Assembly (NCBI RefSeq): GCF_006345805.1
Contig: NC_043022.1
Location: 7,440,001-7,504,000 of the forward strand
Direction: 5' to 3'
From: Octopus sinensis
Taxonomy: Eukaryota
Length of the DNA stretch: 64,000 nucleotides
The notes beneath the pieces were generated by a model. That model was not told the DNA's origin and made no database searches. It was given only the letters and a program-made list of their open reading frames with translations. Of this stretch, positions 1 to 12,900 are shown piece after piece. How positions within the stretch are numbered: position 1 is the stretch's first letter; each line of letters opens with the position of its first letter. Both the position numbers and the translations under genes were made by a program.

Positions 1-442
1 AAGAACAAATGCATCATCATTATCATCTTTCTCATCGATATCTTCAACACCAGCAGCAGCAGTAGCAGTAAGAAAATTGAAATCACCATCGTCGCCGACC
101 AATTCCACTCCATCCCCTCTTCCTTATCATCATCATCATCATCGTCATCATCATCGTCTTCGTCTTCGTCGTCGCCGACTTCGTGTTCAGTATTCGTAGT
201 AAGTGTTCTAAAATCTGTTTTCATCGTCACCGTCATCCTCCTGTTTATGCACATCATTATTATCTCCATCACCATCATCATCACCTGCATCAACAACAGC
301 GGCAGCATCCTCAGCAATATAGGTGCAATCGCCGTCGTCGCCGTCTTCCTCCTCCTTATCATCATCATCAGCATCAACACCTGATCGTTGTAGGAGGGTA
401 ACACCGGTTTCCTTATATTCCTTATAATATTGATACTAATCA

Positions 443-552
443 AAGGCGGTGAGATGGCAGAAACGTTAGCCCGCCGGGCTAAATGCTTAATCCCCCTAAT
501 CTGGCCCCCTCCCTAAACAATTTCGGGCCTTGTGTCTAGAGTTGGAAAGAAT
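443..552 (+). mobile_element. tRNA-headed SINE family M, internally deleted copy (head joined to tail type 2)
   Basis: aaggcggtgagatggcagaaacgttagc head joined to aatttcgggccttgtgtctagag tail; both parts recur across the window. Confidence 0.7.
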
Positions 553-599
553 ATAAATACTAATCAGTAATCAAAGAAAACCCTTTCGGAATGAAAGGC

Positions 600-830
600 T
601 AGAATTCGGCAATATGGAACCAGTTGGATATTTCTAAATACAAGAAATTTATCGAGCTAAATTTGGTACGTCATGTGTTTCGCATTTATATTATCTAAAG
701 TATTTAGTGACTCCAGTAATTTTCTTCAAATTCGGATTAATTAGTGAACAGTGTGGATTTGTTGTGAAGTTGTGCTTGCGGTTGTGTAAAGTTAAGTATG
801 GTCTAAGTCGATAGAAAAATCCTCCTCGAT
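600..830 (-). mobile_element. Degraded Penelope-like element reverse transcriptase fragment
   Basis: Minus translation YLTLHNRKHNFTTNPHCSLINPNLKKITGVTK, then EISNWF in another frame. This resembles the PLE RT segment 'ITLKDHK.NF..NP.CRLINP.KSEIG..SK...VI.WF' (from recall). Confidence 0.5.
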
Positions 831-904
831 CTGCTATACTTAAACGCCATGCCAGGGGTTTTGCTTCATTGTTGAATTCTATGTCTACTATAATCACTCA
901 CTCC

Positions 905-1194
905 CCTTTCTCTAAATATATGTATATATATATATATATATGCATGTATGTATGTAAGTGTATATGCATGTATGTAGCTATGAATGTGTACATGCATATA
1001 TACACATATGTACGTATGCATATCTATCTATCAATCTCTCTATATATATCATATATATATCTCATATATATATATGATAGATATATATATATCTCATATA
1101 TATTATATGATAGATATATATATATCTCATATATATATATGATATATACATATGATATATATATCATTATATATATATCAAATATATAAATATC

Positions 1195-1235
<41 letters not shown>

Positions 1236-1240
1236 TATAC
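905..1240. repeat. (TA)n-rich degenerate microsatellite (one of many similar TA/CA blocks)
   Basis: Runs of ta/atgt/atag. Confidence 0.9.
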
Positions 1241-2420
1241 ACGCACGCATAAATATGCCTATGTGCGTACTTAGACAAACTAATCTGCTTCATTTTTACA
1301 ATTATTTTCTGTTTTTCAACACTGGTTATATACCTACATACATAAATGCAGCATACAACACACAGAAACACACACACATGTATATATATATGTGTGTGTG
1401 GGTATATGTATATGATTATACAGCTATACTACTAGTCGATCGCTAAAATAAGCCATAATCTTGTCCAACGTTCTCTGCAAACATTTAAAGCGCTAATATT
1501 ATATACCTAATCCTTTCAGCATTATGAAAAAAACGAACACGAATACTCACACACAAACATTTACACACAGAGCTACTGAGAGAGGCGAACGTATACACAT
1601 AACCAGAGCCTGCCTTTCTGTGAATTAAAACTGGCTATTTCTAACATCTGTGATTATGTTTGGATATAAAATGAAGCTCTGCTTCGTACTGAAACATCAG
1701 CAGATACGAGCGCGTCTTATTAGCCAGGATATAGCAAAAAACAACATGTAAACAACCGTTTCTAATTATCTTGAATATAAAAATAACAGCCATGTTTGTC
1801 TCATGTAGTTGGACATAAAATGTACACCGCTTGAGCACATACATATAAACCATATATGTACACACACATATATGAATGTGTGTATTGTATGTGTGTGTTC
1901 AGAGAGTGAGTGAAGGATTTATATATATATATATATATAATATATATATAATATATATAATATATATATATATATTCTTCACTCACAGAGAGAGATATAC
2001 AAACATTAATACACGCACAGATACACATATATGTATGTGTGTGAATGTGTATACATCCATGTATGCATGTATATGTGTGTATATGTATATATGTGCATAT
2101 GAGTATGTGTGTGTATACATACACATATTTATATATACATGCATACATTGGTACAAATATACATAAATGTATCTCTATATAGACATACATATATATATGC
2201 ATATATATGTACACATATGTATATATATATATATATGTATAATATATATATATGTATATATATAGATATATGATATATATACTCCCATCATAAATGAACA
2301 CCAACGACGCAATATTACAACAACAATAAAAGAAAAACAACGGAAACAAATGTGTAGAATGAAATTACATGTTTTAATTTAAAACTCGTTCTTCGCAAAT
2401 TAATCTTACTACTGATCCGT

Positions 2421-2466
<46 letters not shown>

Positions 2467-2848
2467 CTGTCATTGTGTCTGTCTGTCTGTCTTTCTCTTT
2501 TCTCACCCTTTTCTCCTTCTCTTCCTTTCGGTTTCTCTTGCGTCTCTTGCAGTAAGTAGTTTTTCCTTTCGTTAGCCTCTTTATATATATATATACATAT
2601 ATACTTTCCTCTCAGACCCCAACGTATTCCTTGTCTCCAGTTCTCTCTTTTATTCTCAATTTCTAACCCCTTCTCTGCTAGTTGTGCGCGTGCGCGCGCG
2701 TATGTATACAGGTAGAGTTTCTGTTTTATTTCACAAATGCCAAAAAGGAATACCCGTACCTTTCTGTAGAATATAATCTATTTATACGAATCCAGAGCTT
2801 GACTCCCGTTCCGTAGAGATTCTGATTCGTGAGCACTCTCTTCTCTGT

Positions 2849-2890
2849 CTGTCTAACTATCCATCCATCCATCCATCCATCCATCCATCC

Positions 2891-2938
<48 letters not shown>

Positions 2939-3045
2939 GTCTGTCTGTCTGTCTGTCTCTGTCCTGTCTGTCTGTCTGTCTGTCCGTCCGTCCGTCTGTC
3001 CGTCCGTCCATCCATCCATCCATCCATCCATCCATCCATCCATCC

Positions 3046-3111
<66 letters not shown>

Positions 3112-3115
3112 TTGT
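2849..3115. repeat. Compound tetranucleotide microsatellite (TCCA/TCTA/TCTG)
   Basis: Direct reading. Confidence 0.95.
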
Positions 3116-3219
3116 CTGTATGTCGGTCTCTCTCTTTCTGTGTGTGTGTCTATAAATATGTTGGACCGCTGAAATCTATAACTATTTTTCATTCTCTCCC
3201 TGTTTATTTCATCTTATTC

Positions 3220-3335
3220 CTTTCTGCTGAAGAGCGTAGGCTTGAAACGTAAAAAACACATTTTCATTCTTCCCGAGCGTCAAATTAATACACTTGCTTG
3301 TTGTTCATACACCAGTCTTCATCTTTTCTTGCATC
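3220..3335 (+). mobile_element. HHR-like non-autonomous repeat (family H), copy A
   Basis: CTTT-CTGCTGA-A-GAGC-gtag-GCTT-GAAAC-GTA followed by the family's ttcccgagcgtcaaattaatac segment. Confidence 0.6.
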
Positions 3336-3530
3336 AGCATGGCCGAAGCTCTGAGCTGAAACAAAAAAAATATATATGTATAGTGCCGCGTAGTGGGACT
3401 GAGCCCGCAAGCATGTGGTTGGTAAGGAAGCTACTGCCGTTCTTTCAGAGAAAAGCCTACTTACGGCCAATCATTTCACCCTCCTGTATGAACGAAATTG
3501 AGCACAGATGCCGCTGCTACTGCTGCTGCT

Positions 3531-3531
3531 G

Positions 3532-3600
<69 letters not shown>
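3531..3600. repeat. (CTA)n microsatellite
   Basis: Pure ctactacta run. Confidence 0.97.
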
Positions 3601-3601
<1 letters not shown>

Positions 3602-4187
3602 AGCTGGCAGAAACGTTAGCACGCCGGGGGAAATGCTTAGCAGTATTTCATCTGCCGTTACGTTCTGAGTTCAAATTTCGCCGAGGTCGACTTTGCCTTT
3701 CATCCTTTCGGGGTCGATAGATTAAGTACTAGTAACGCACTGGGGTCGATGTAATCGACTTAATCCCTTTGCCTGTCCTTGTTTGTTACCTCTATTTTTT
3801 GCCCCTTGTGGGCAATAAAGAAATAAGAAACGTTAGCAGGCGGGGCGAAATGCTTAGAGGTATTTCGTCTGTCTTTACGTTCTGAGTTCAAATTCCGACA
3901 AGGTCGACTTTGTCTTTTATCCTTACGGGGTCGATAAAATAAGTACCAGTTGTGTACTGCGGTCGATCTAATCGACTGGCCCTCTGCCCCAATTTCGGGC
4001 CTTGTGCCTAGAGTAGAAAAGGATATTTTGTTCGCCTTTACGTTCCGAGTTGAAACTCCGCCGAGGTCGACTTTGCCTTTCATCCTTTCGGGATCGATAA
4101 ATTAAGTACCAGTGAAACACTGGGCTGATGTAATCGCCTATACCCTCCACCAAATTTCAGGCCTTGTGCATTTAGCAGATAGGATTA
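3601..4187 (+). mobile_element. SINE family M trimer (tRNA head plus central domain resembling the MetaSINE domain), mixed tails
   Basis: Three successive gttctgagttcaaattccgccgaggtcgactttgcctttcatcctttcggggtcgataaattaagtaccag units. The B-box-like GAGTTCAAATTCC is present. The MetaSINE resemblance is from recall. Confidence 0.85.
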
Positions 4188-4299
4188 TACATACCAAGAA
4201 ATTCAATTATGGCAGGACTTGAACTTAGAAAGTAAAATATCGGTAGAAATACCGCGAAGAACAGTGACATGTGTAACAGGCTGACACACGTGTAAAGTT

Positions 4300-4670
4300 A
4301 AATGAAAGCAGCGGCTGTGAGACTAACATCTGATGTGATTACAAGATAGATGAGAGAATTTGTTATTGTCGAGAAAGGGAAAAAGGATTCATTGGGAGGT
4401 TAACTGATGTGGCATTGTCACTGGGGAATAAAAGGGTATGTGAAAAAGTAATAGAGAACATTTGAACTGTATCAAAACATGCTGAGGAAACTCTACAAAA
4501 TGTGTGGCATGAACAATGTTGAAGTCAAAAGGTTCCTTAGGGAGAAAGAAAACGAAGATATAAAGAAAAAGGGGGATTACGAAATTTGGAATGAAAATAT
4601 ATTAGAAAATTCTTCAGAGGATGGCACTAAAAGGAACGGCCCAGATTCTGGTACGGGAAAGAGAGTTGTT
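4300..4670 (+). mobile_element. Possible highly degraded RLE-type (R4/Dong-like) LINE C-terminal fragment
   Basis: Broken frames give L*D, FVIVEKGKK, DVALSLGNKRVCEK and ALKGTAQIL. These occur in the order of the RLE-LINE motifs LWD, PDIVVVDK, DVA and ALLGTARIL. Similarity is weak. Confidence 0.3.
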
Positions 4671-4761
4671 GGTTAGGGTCATGAAATATAAGGTACATAC
4701 GAATATCAAGAGGAACATTTGTCATTTTAAAGTAATAATCGTAAATATTTATGTATTTATA

Positions 4762-5190
4762 GTCGTAGGAGTGCCTGTGTGGTACGTAGCTTGCTTATCA
4801 ACAACATGGTTCCGGGTTCAGTCCCACTGCGTGGCACCTTGGGCAAGTGTCTTCTACTATAGCCTCAGGCAAACCAAAGCCTTGTGAGTGGATTTGGTAG
4901 ACGGAAACTGAAAGAAGCCCGTCGTATATATGCATATATATATGTATGTATGTGTGAGTATATGTTTGTGTGTATGTGTTTGTCCCCCCCAACATCGCTT
5001 GACAACCGATACTGATGTGTTTACGGCCCTGTAACTTAGCGGTTCGGCAAAAGAGACCGATAGAATAAGTACTAGGCTTACAAAGAATAAGCCCTGGGGT
5101 CGATTTGCTCGACTAAAAGGTGGTGCTCCAGCATGGCCGCAGTCAAATGACTGAAACAAGTTAAAGAGTAAAAAGAGAAAGAGTAAAGAG
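4762..5190 (+). mobile_element. SINE family C, full length (tRNA head, CORE-like segment, AT/GT spacer, 3' tail)
   Basis: ggagtg(g/c)ctgtgtggta...ggttcagtcccactgcgtggcaccttgggcaagtgtctt...cagcatggccgcagtcaaatgactgaaacaag plus a simple-repeat tail; the ccttgggcaagt segment resembles the SINE CORE. Confidence 0.9.
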
Positions 5191-5308
5191 TATATATGCA
5201 TAATAGATGTTACTCACTTGGAAGAGGATGCGTGGCGTTCAATCACATAGTAATATAAATAATATATATGGATATATACATACGTATATGTACATACTTA
5301 CCTCAACA

Positions 5309-5343
<35 letters not shown>

Positions 5344-5384
5344 TTCGCCATGATTGATCGCTAGCCACCACACACATTATTTTC

Positions 5385-5540
5385 TCTCCTTGTTTTCTTT
5401 CTGTGTCCCTTTCTGTGGAAGAGCATAGGCTCGAAACGTTAAAGACTTTTTCACTTCCCGAGCGTTATACTAATACATCTGTTTATTGTCTACACCACCT
5501 GTCTTCGTCTTTTGTTTTTTTTTTGTAAATTCTCCCTATA
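5385..5540 (+). mobile_element. HHR-like repeat family H, copy B
   Basis: CTTT-CTGTGGA-A-GAGC-atag-GCTC-GAAAC-GTT-AAAG at 5409-5444 plus the shared downstream sequence. Confidence 0.7.
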
Positions 5541-5809
5541 CACACACGCCACACACACACACACATATATACAGTTGAAAAATTGGAATTAGCCAGAAGG
5601 GATACGACTGGACATTCATTTTTTAATTATTAACATTGTTTCCTCGCATTGTAGTTCTCCAGGAGTGCAGGTACTTGATTATGAAATTGTTTCCCTGCAT
5701 CATGAGATCTAGTTGTGTTTCCTCAGACGATATGTATATATTTTCTCTGTTTAAAATCCTCGGCATCAAGAAAAACCCCTCCGTCTGTTGTCGCCTGAAT
5801 TTTATACTA

Positions 5810-5974
5810 GGCGTAGGAGTGGCTGTGTGGTAAGTAGCTTGCTAACCAACCACATGGTTCCGGGTTCAGTTCCACTGCGTGGCATCTTGGGCATGTGTCT
5901 TCTACTATAGCCCTATGCCGACCAATGCCTTGTGAGTGGATTTGGTAGAAGGAAACTAAAAGAAGCCTGTCGTA

Positions 5975-5977
<3 letters not shown>
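5810..5977 (+). mobile_element. SINE family C, 5' half
   Basis: Matches the head of the 4762 copy and ends in a TA run. Confidence 0.88.
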
Positions 5978-6041
<64 letters not shown>

Positions 6042-6238
6042 GTATATATACTAAGCAATTAAGGGTTTAGCAACGAATTGCCTTACCGCACACCGAATTT
6101 AAAAATAGCAGTCAAAGAGATTATAGCTATTTCTTCTACTAAAAGGGAGATCTCAGTAAAAACACAGCATTTGAAAGGCAAACACAAACAGGTAAGAGAG
6201 AATGAATTGACGGCAATCTATCATACAGTTTTAAGTCA

Positions 6239-6330
6239 CCTACGGGCGTACGTTTCGAAATCAAGTCTTAGGAAAGCATAAGAATTAGATAATTCTACCT
6301 TACCCAAACTTCTTCTCTCATCAGCGCAGG
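6239..6330 (-). ncRNA. Type I hammerhead-like motif with mutated cleavage triplet (GCC)
   Basis: Minus: CCTGCG-CTGATGA-G[long stem II]C-GAAAC-GTAC-GCC-CGTAGG; helix I CCTGCG/CGTAGG. Confidence 0.6.
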
Positions 6331-6623
6331 ATACAAACAATCATGAATGATTGTATATTGAATTTTGAGATACTAGAATGCACCAACTCAACTCAGTATC
6401 AGAGCGAGCTAGAAGCCACAACTAGTATCACCAAATTCAAAGTGTGAATGAAAGTTTGTGTCACCAGCCCCTTCCCAGCCGCGTGTAGCCAAGACAAAGT
6501 GCTGTAGTCATTTACTGGGATGAATATGGTTATCAGTAACAATGAAGGGTGAAATTAATTAACTTGGAATAATTATCAATTACACCAAGTAGTCTTCGGC
6601 ATGTAAAAGCCTCATTCGAGGAA

Positions 6624-6689
<66 letters not shown>

Positions 6690-6983
6690 CCTACATGGTG
6701 TGTGTGTAAGCAGATATCGCTGACACTCCCACCACAGCCTAGAACAACAACAGCTACAAACAAGAGAAGCAACAATAATAATAACCGACGGATCATTTCT
6801 CGAAGGAAAAACATTATAAATTATACTTTTTTCGAAAGGAAAAAAAAAAAACAAAACAAAACAAAATTCAGTTAAGTCAGTAAGAAGCAAATTGTCAAGC
6901 ATCTCCATCATGCTCTTTCGCCTTTTTCCTCATCGACCAGCCTCTTTCACCTCTCCATCTGACCTCCCCCTACTGCTGTTGCC

Positions 6984-9900
6984 TCATCATAATCATCATC
7001 ATCATCATCACCAGCAACTGCAAAAATATTAAGGTCAAGACTATCTCGAACATCACCGTAATTATCATCATCATAACCCCCCCCCCACCACCACCAGCAT
7101 TATCATCATCTTCATCGTCATCATCGTCATCATCAATATCATCAACCCAAGCATCATCGTCATCAACTTCATCGTCGTCGTCGTCATTGTCATTATCATC
7201 ATCAGCAACGTCAGCATCATCACAAACATTAAAGTCAACACTATCTCGATCATTGCCTTTATTATCATCACCAGCATAATCATCACCAGCATCATTATCA
7301 CCATCATCATCATCATCACCAGCTTCATCATCACGACCATCATCATCACCAGCATCATCGTCCCCAACATCATCATCAGCATCATCATCACCAGCATCAC
7401 CATCACCAGCATCATCATCACAACCATCATCATCACCAGCTTCATCATCACGACCATCCTCATCACCAGCATCATCGTCCCCAACATCATCATCAGCATC
7501 ATCATCACGACCATCATCATCACCAGCATCATCATCACGACCATCCTCATCACCAGCATCATCGTCCCCAACATCATCACTAGCATCATCATCACCAGCA
7601 TCAACATCACGACCATCATCATCACGACCATCATCATCACCAGCATCAGCATCACCAGCATCACCATCACTAGCATCATCATCACCAGCATCAGCATCAC
7701 CAGCATCATCATCACTAGCATCAGCATCACCAGCATCAGCATCACCAGCATCATCATCACTAGCATCATCATCACCAGCATCAGCATCACCAGCATCATC
7801 ATCACTAGCATCATCATCACTAGCATCAGCATCACCAGCATCATCATCACTAGCATCAGCATCACTAGCATCAGCATCACCAGCATCATCATCACCAGCA
7901 TCATCATCACTAGCATCAGCATCACTAGCATCAGCATCACCAGCATCATCATCACCAGCATCATCATCACTAGCATCATCATCACTAGCATCATCATCAC
8001 TAGCATCAGCATCACCAGCATCATCATCACTAGCATCAGCATCACTAGCATCAGCATCACCAGCATCATCATCACCAGCATCATCATCACTAGCATCATC
8101 ATCACTAGCATCATCATCACTAGCATCATCATCACTAGCATCATCTCACCAGCATCATCATCACTAGCATCATCATCACTAGCATCATCATCATCACTAT
8201 CATCATCATCACTAGCATCATCATCACTAGCATCATCATCACTAGCATCATCATCACCAGCATCATCATCACCAGCATCATCATCACTAGCATCATCATC
8301 ACTAGCATCAGCATCACCAGCATCATCATCACCAGCATCATCATCACTAGCATCATCATCACCAGCATCATCATCACCAGCATCATCATCACCAGCATCA
8401 TCATCACTAGCATCAGCATCACCAGCATCATCATCACCAGCATCAGCATCACCAGCATCATCATCACCAGCATCATCATCACTAGCATCATCATCACTAG
8501 CATCATCATCACCAGCATCATCATCACCAGCATCATCATCACTAGCATCAGCATCACTAGCATCAGCATCACCAGCATCATCATCACCAGCATCATCATC
8601 ACTAGCATCATCATCACCAGCATCAGCATCACCAGCATCATCATCACCAGCATCATCATCACCAGCATCATCATCACTAGCATCATCATCACCAGCATCA
8701 GCATCACCAGCATCATCATCACTAGCATCATCATCACTAGCATCAGCATCACCAGCATCATCATCACTAGCATCATCATCACTAGCATCATCATCACCAG
8801 CATCAGCATCACCAGCATCATCATCACTAGCATCATCATCACTAGCATCATCATCACCAGCATCATCATCACTAGCATCAGCATCACTAGCATCAGCATC
8901 ACCAGCATCAGCATCACCAGCATCATCATCACTAGCATCATCATCACTAGCATCAGCATCACCAGCATCATCATCACCAGCATCAGCATCACCAGCATCA
9001 CCATCACTAGCATCAGCATCACCAGCATCATCATCACTAGCATCATCATCACTAGCATCAGCATCACCAGCATCAGCATCACCAGCATCATCGTCCCCAA
9101 CATCATCATCAGCCTCACCATCACCAGCATCAGCATCACCAGCATCATCATCACTAGCATCATCATCACTAGCATCAGCATCACCAGCATCATCATCACT
9201 AGCACCATCATCACTAGCATCAGCATCACCAGCATCACCATCACTAGCATCAGCATCACCAGCATCATCATCACCAGCATCATCATCACCAGCATCAGCA
9301 TCACCAGCATCAGCATCACCAGCATCATCATCACCAGCATCAGCATCACCATCACTAGCATCATCATCACCAGCATCAGCATCACCAGCATCAGCATCAC
9401 CAGCATCATCATCACCAGCATCAGCATCACCAGCATCAGCATCACCAGCATCATCATCACTAGCATCATCATCACCAGCATCAGCATCACCAGCATCATG
9501 ATCACCAGCATCACCATCACTAGCATCAGCATCACCAGCATCATCATCACTAGCATCAGCATCACCAGCATCATCATCACCAGCATCAGCATCACAGCAG
9601 CTCAGCATCACCAGCATCATCATCACCAGCATCAGCATCACCAGCATCAGCATCACCAGCATCATCATCACTAGCATCATCATCACTAGCATCAGCATCA
9701 CCAGCATCAGCATCACCAGCATCATGATCACCAGCATCACCATCACTAGCATCATCATCACCAGCATCATCATCACTAGCATCATCATCACCACCATCAG
9801 CATCACCAGCATCATCATCACTAGCATCATCATCACTAGCATCAGCATCACCAGCATCAGCATCACCAGCATCATGATCACCAGCATCACCATCACTAGC

Positions 9901-12900
9901 ATCATCATCACCAGCATCAGCATCACCAGCATCAGCATCACCAGCATCAGCATCACCAGCATCATCATCACTAGCATCATCATCACTAGCATCATCATCA
10001 CCAGCATCAGCATCACCAGCATCATGATCACCAGCATCACCATCACTAGCATCAGCATCACCAGCATCATCATCACTAGCATCAGCATCACCAGCATCAT
10101 CATCACCAGCATCAGCATCACCAGCATCAGCATCACCAGCATCATCATCACCAGCATCAGCATCACCAGCATCAGCATCACCAGCATCATCATCACTAGC
10201 ATCATCATCACCAGCATCAGCATCACCAACATCACCATCACTAGCATCATGATCCCCAGCATCACCATCACTAGCATCATCATCACCATCATCAGCATCA
10301 CCAGCATCAGCATCACCAGCATCATCATCACTAGCATCATCATCACTAGCATCATCATCACCAGCATCAGCATCACCAGCATCAGCATCACCAGCATCAT
10401 CATCACTAGCATCATCATCACTAGCATCATCATCACCAACATCACCATCACTAGCATCATCATCACCAACATTACCATCACTAGCATCATCATCACTAGC
10501 ATCATCATCACTAGCATCATCATCACTAGCATCATCATCACTAGCATCATCATCACCAACATCATCATCACTAGCATCATCATCACTAGCATCATCATCA
10601 CTAGCATCATCATCACTAGCATCAGCATCACTAGCATCATCATCACCAACATTACCATCACTAGCATCATCATCACTAGCATCATCATCACTAGCATCAG
10701 CATCACTAGCATCATCATCACCAACATTACCATCACTAGCATCATCATCACTAGCATCATCATCACCAACATCATCATCACTAGCATCATCATCACTAGC
10801 ATCATCATCACTAGCATCATCATCACTAGCATCAGCATCACTAGCATCATCATCACCAACATCATCATCACTAGCATCATCATCACTCAGCATCATCATC
10901 ACTAGCATCATCATCACTAGCATCATCATCCTAGCATCATCATCACCAACATTACCATCACTAGCATCAGCATCACTAGCATCATCATCACTAGCAATCA
11001 TCATCACTAGCATCATCATCACTAGCATCATCATCACCAACATCATCATCACTAGCATCATCATCACTAGCATCATCTCACTGCATCATCATCACTAGCA
11101 TCATCATCACCAGCATCATCATCACCAGCATCAGCATCACATCAGCATCACCACATCATCATCACCAGCATCAGCATCACCAGCATCATCATCACAGCAT
11201 CATCACACTAGTCATCATCACAACATCACCATCACTAGCATCACCATCACCAGCATCATCATCACTAGCATCATCATCACTACATCATCATCACTAGCAT
11301 CAGCATCACCAGCATCATCATCAATAGCATCATCATCACCAGCATCAGCATCACAGCATCACCATCACCAGCATCATCATCACCAGCATCATCATCATAG
11401 CATCATCATCACTAGATCATCATACACCAACATCCATCACTAGCTCACCATCACCAGCATCAGCATCACCAGCATCATCATCACTAGCATCATCATCACT
11501 AGCATCATCATCACCAACATCACCATCACTAGCATCACCATCACCAGCATCATCATCACTAGCATCATCATCACTAGCATCATCATCACTAGCATCAGCA
11601 TCACCAGCATCATCATCACTAGCATCATCATCACCAGCATCAGCATCACCAGCATCACCATCACCAGCATCATCATCACCAGCATCATCATCACTAGCAT
11701 CAGCATCACCAGCATCATCATCACCAGCATCATCATCACCAGCATCATCATCACCAGCATCATCATCACTAGCATCATCATCACTAGCATCAGCATCACC
11801 AGCATCATCATCACTAGCATCATCATCACTAGCATCAGCATCACCAGCATCATCATCACTAGCATCATCATCACTAGCATCAGCATCACCAGCATCACCA
11901 TCACCAGCATCATCATCACCAGCATCATCATCACTAGCATCATCATCACTAGCATCATCATCACTAGCATCAGCATCACCAGCATCATCATCCCTAGCAT
12001 CATCATAACTAGCATCAGCATCACCAGCATCACCATCACCAGCATCATCATCAACCAGCATCTCATCCACTAGCATCATCATCATAGCATCAGCATCACC
12101 AGCATCATCATCACTAGCATCATCATCACCAGCATCAGCATCACCAGCATCACCATCACTAGCATCACCATCACCAGCATCAGCATCACCAGCCATCATC
12201 ATCATAGCATCATCATCACTAGCATCGCATCACCAGCATCATCATCACTAGCATCATCATCACCAGCATCAGCATCACCAGCATCATCATCACCAGCATC
12301 ATCATCACGACCATCCTCATCACCAGCATCATCGTCATCAACATCATCACTAGCATCACCATCACCAGCATCAGCATCACCAGCATCAGCATCACCAGCA
12401 TCATCATCACTAGCATCACCATCACCAGCATCAGCATCACCAGCATCATCATCACCAGCATCATCATCACTAGCATCATCATCACCAGCATCATCATCAC
12501 TAGCATCATCATCACCAGCATCAGCATCACCAGCATCATCATCACCAGCATCATCGTCCCCAACATCATCACCAGCATCACCATCACCAGCATCATCATC
12601 ACCAGCATCAGCATCACCAGCATCATCATCACCAGCATCATCATCACTAGCATCATCATCACCAGCATCAGCATCACCAGCATCATCATCACCAGCATCA
12701 TCGTCCCCAACATCATCACCAGCATCACCATCACCAGCATCACCATCACCAGCATCAGCATCACCAGCATCAGCATCACCAGCATCATCATCACTAGCAT
12801 CAGCATCACCAGCATCACCATCACCAGCATCAGCATCACCAGCATCATCATCACCAGCATCATCATCACTAGCATCATCATCACCAGCATCAGCATCACC

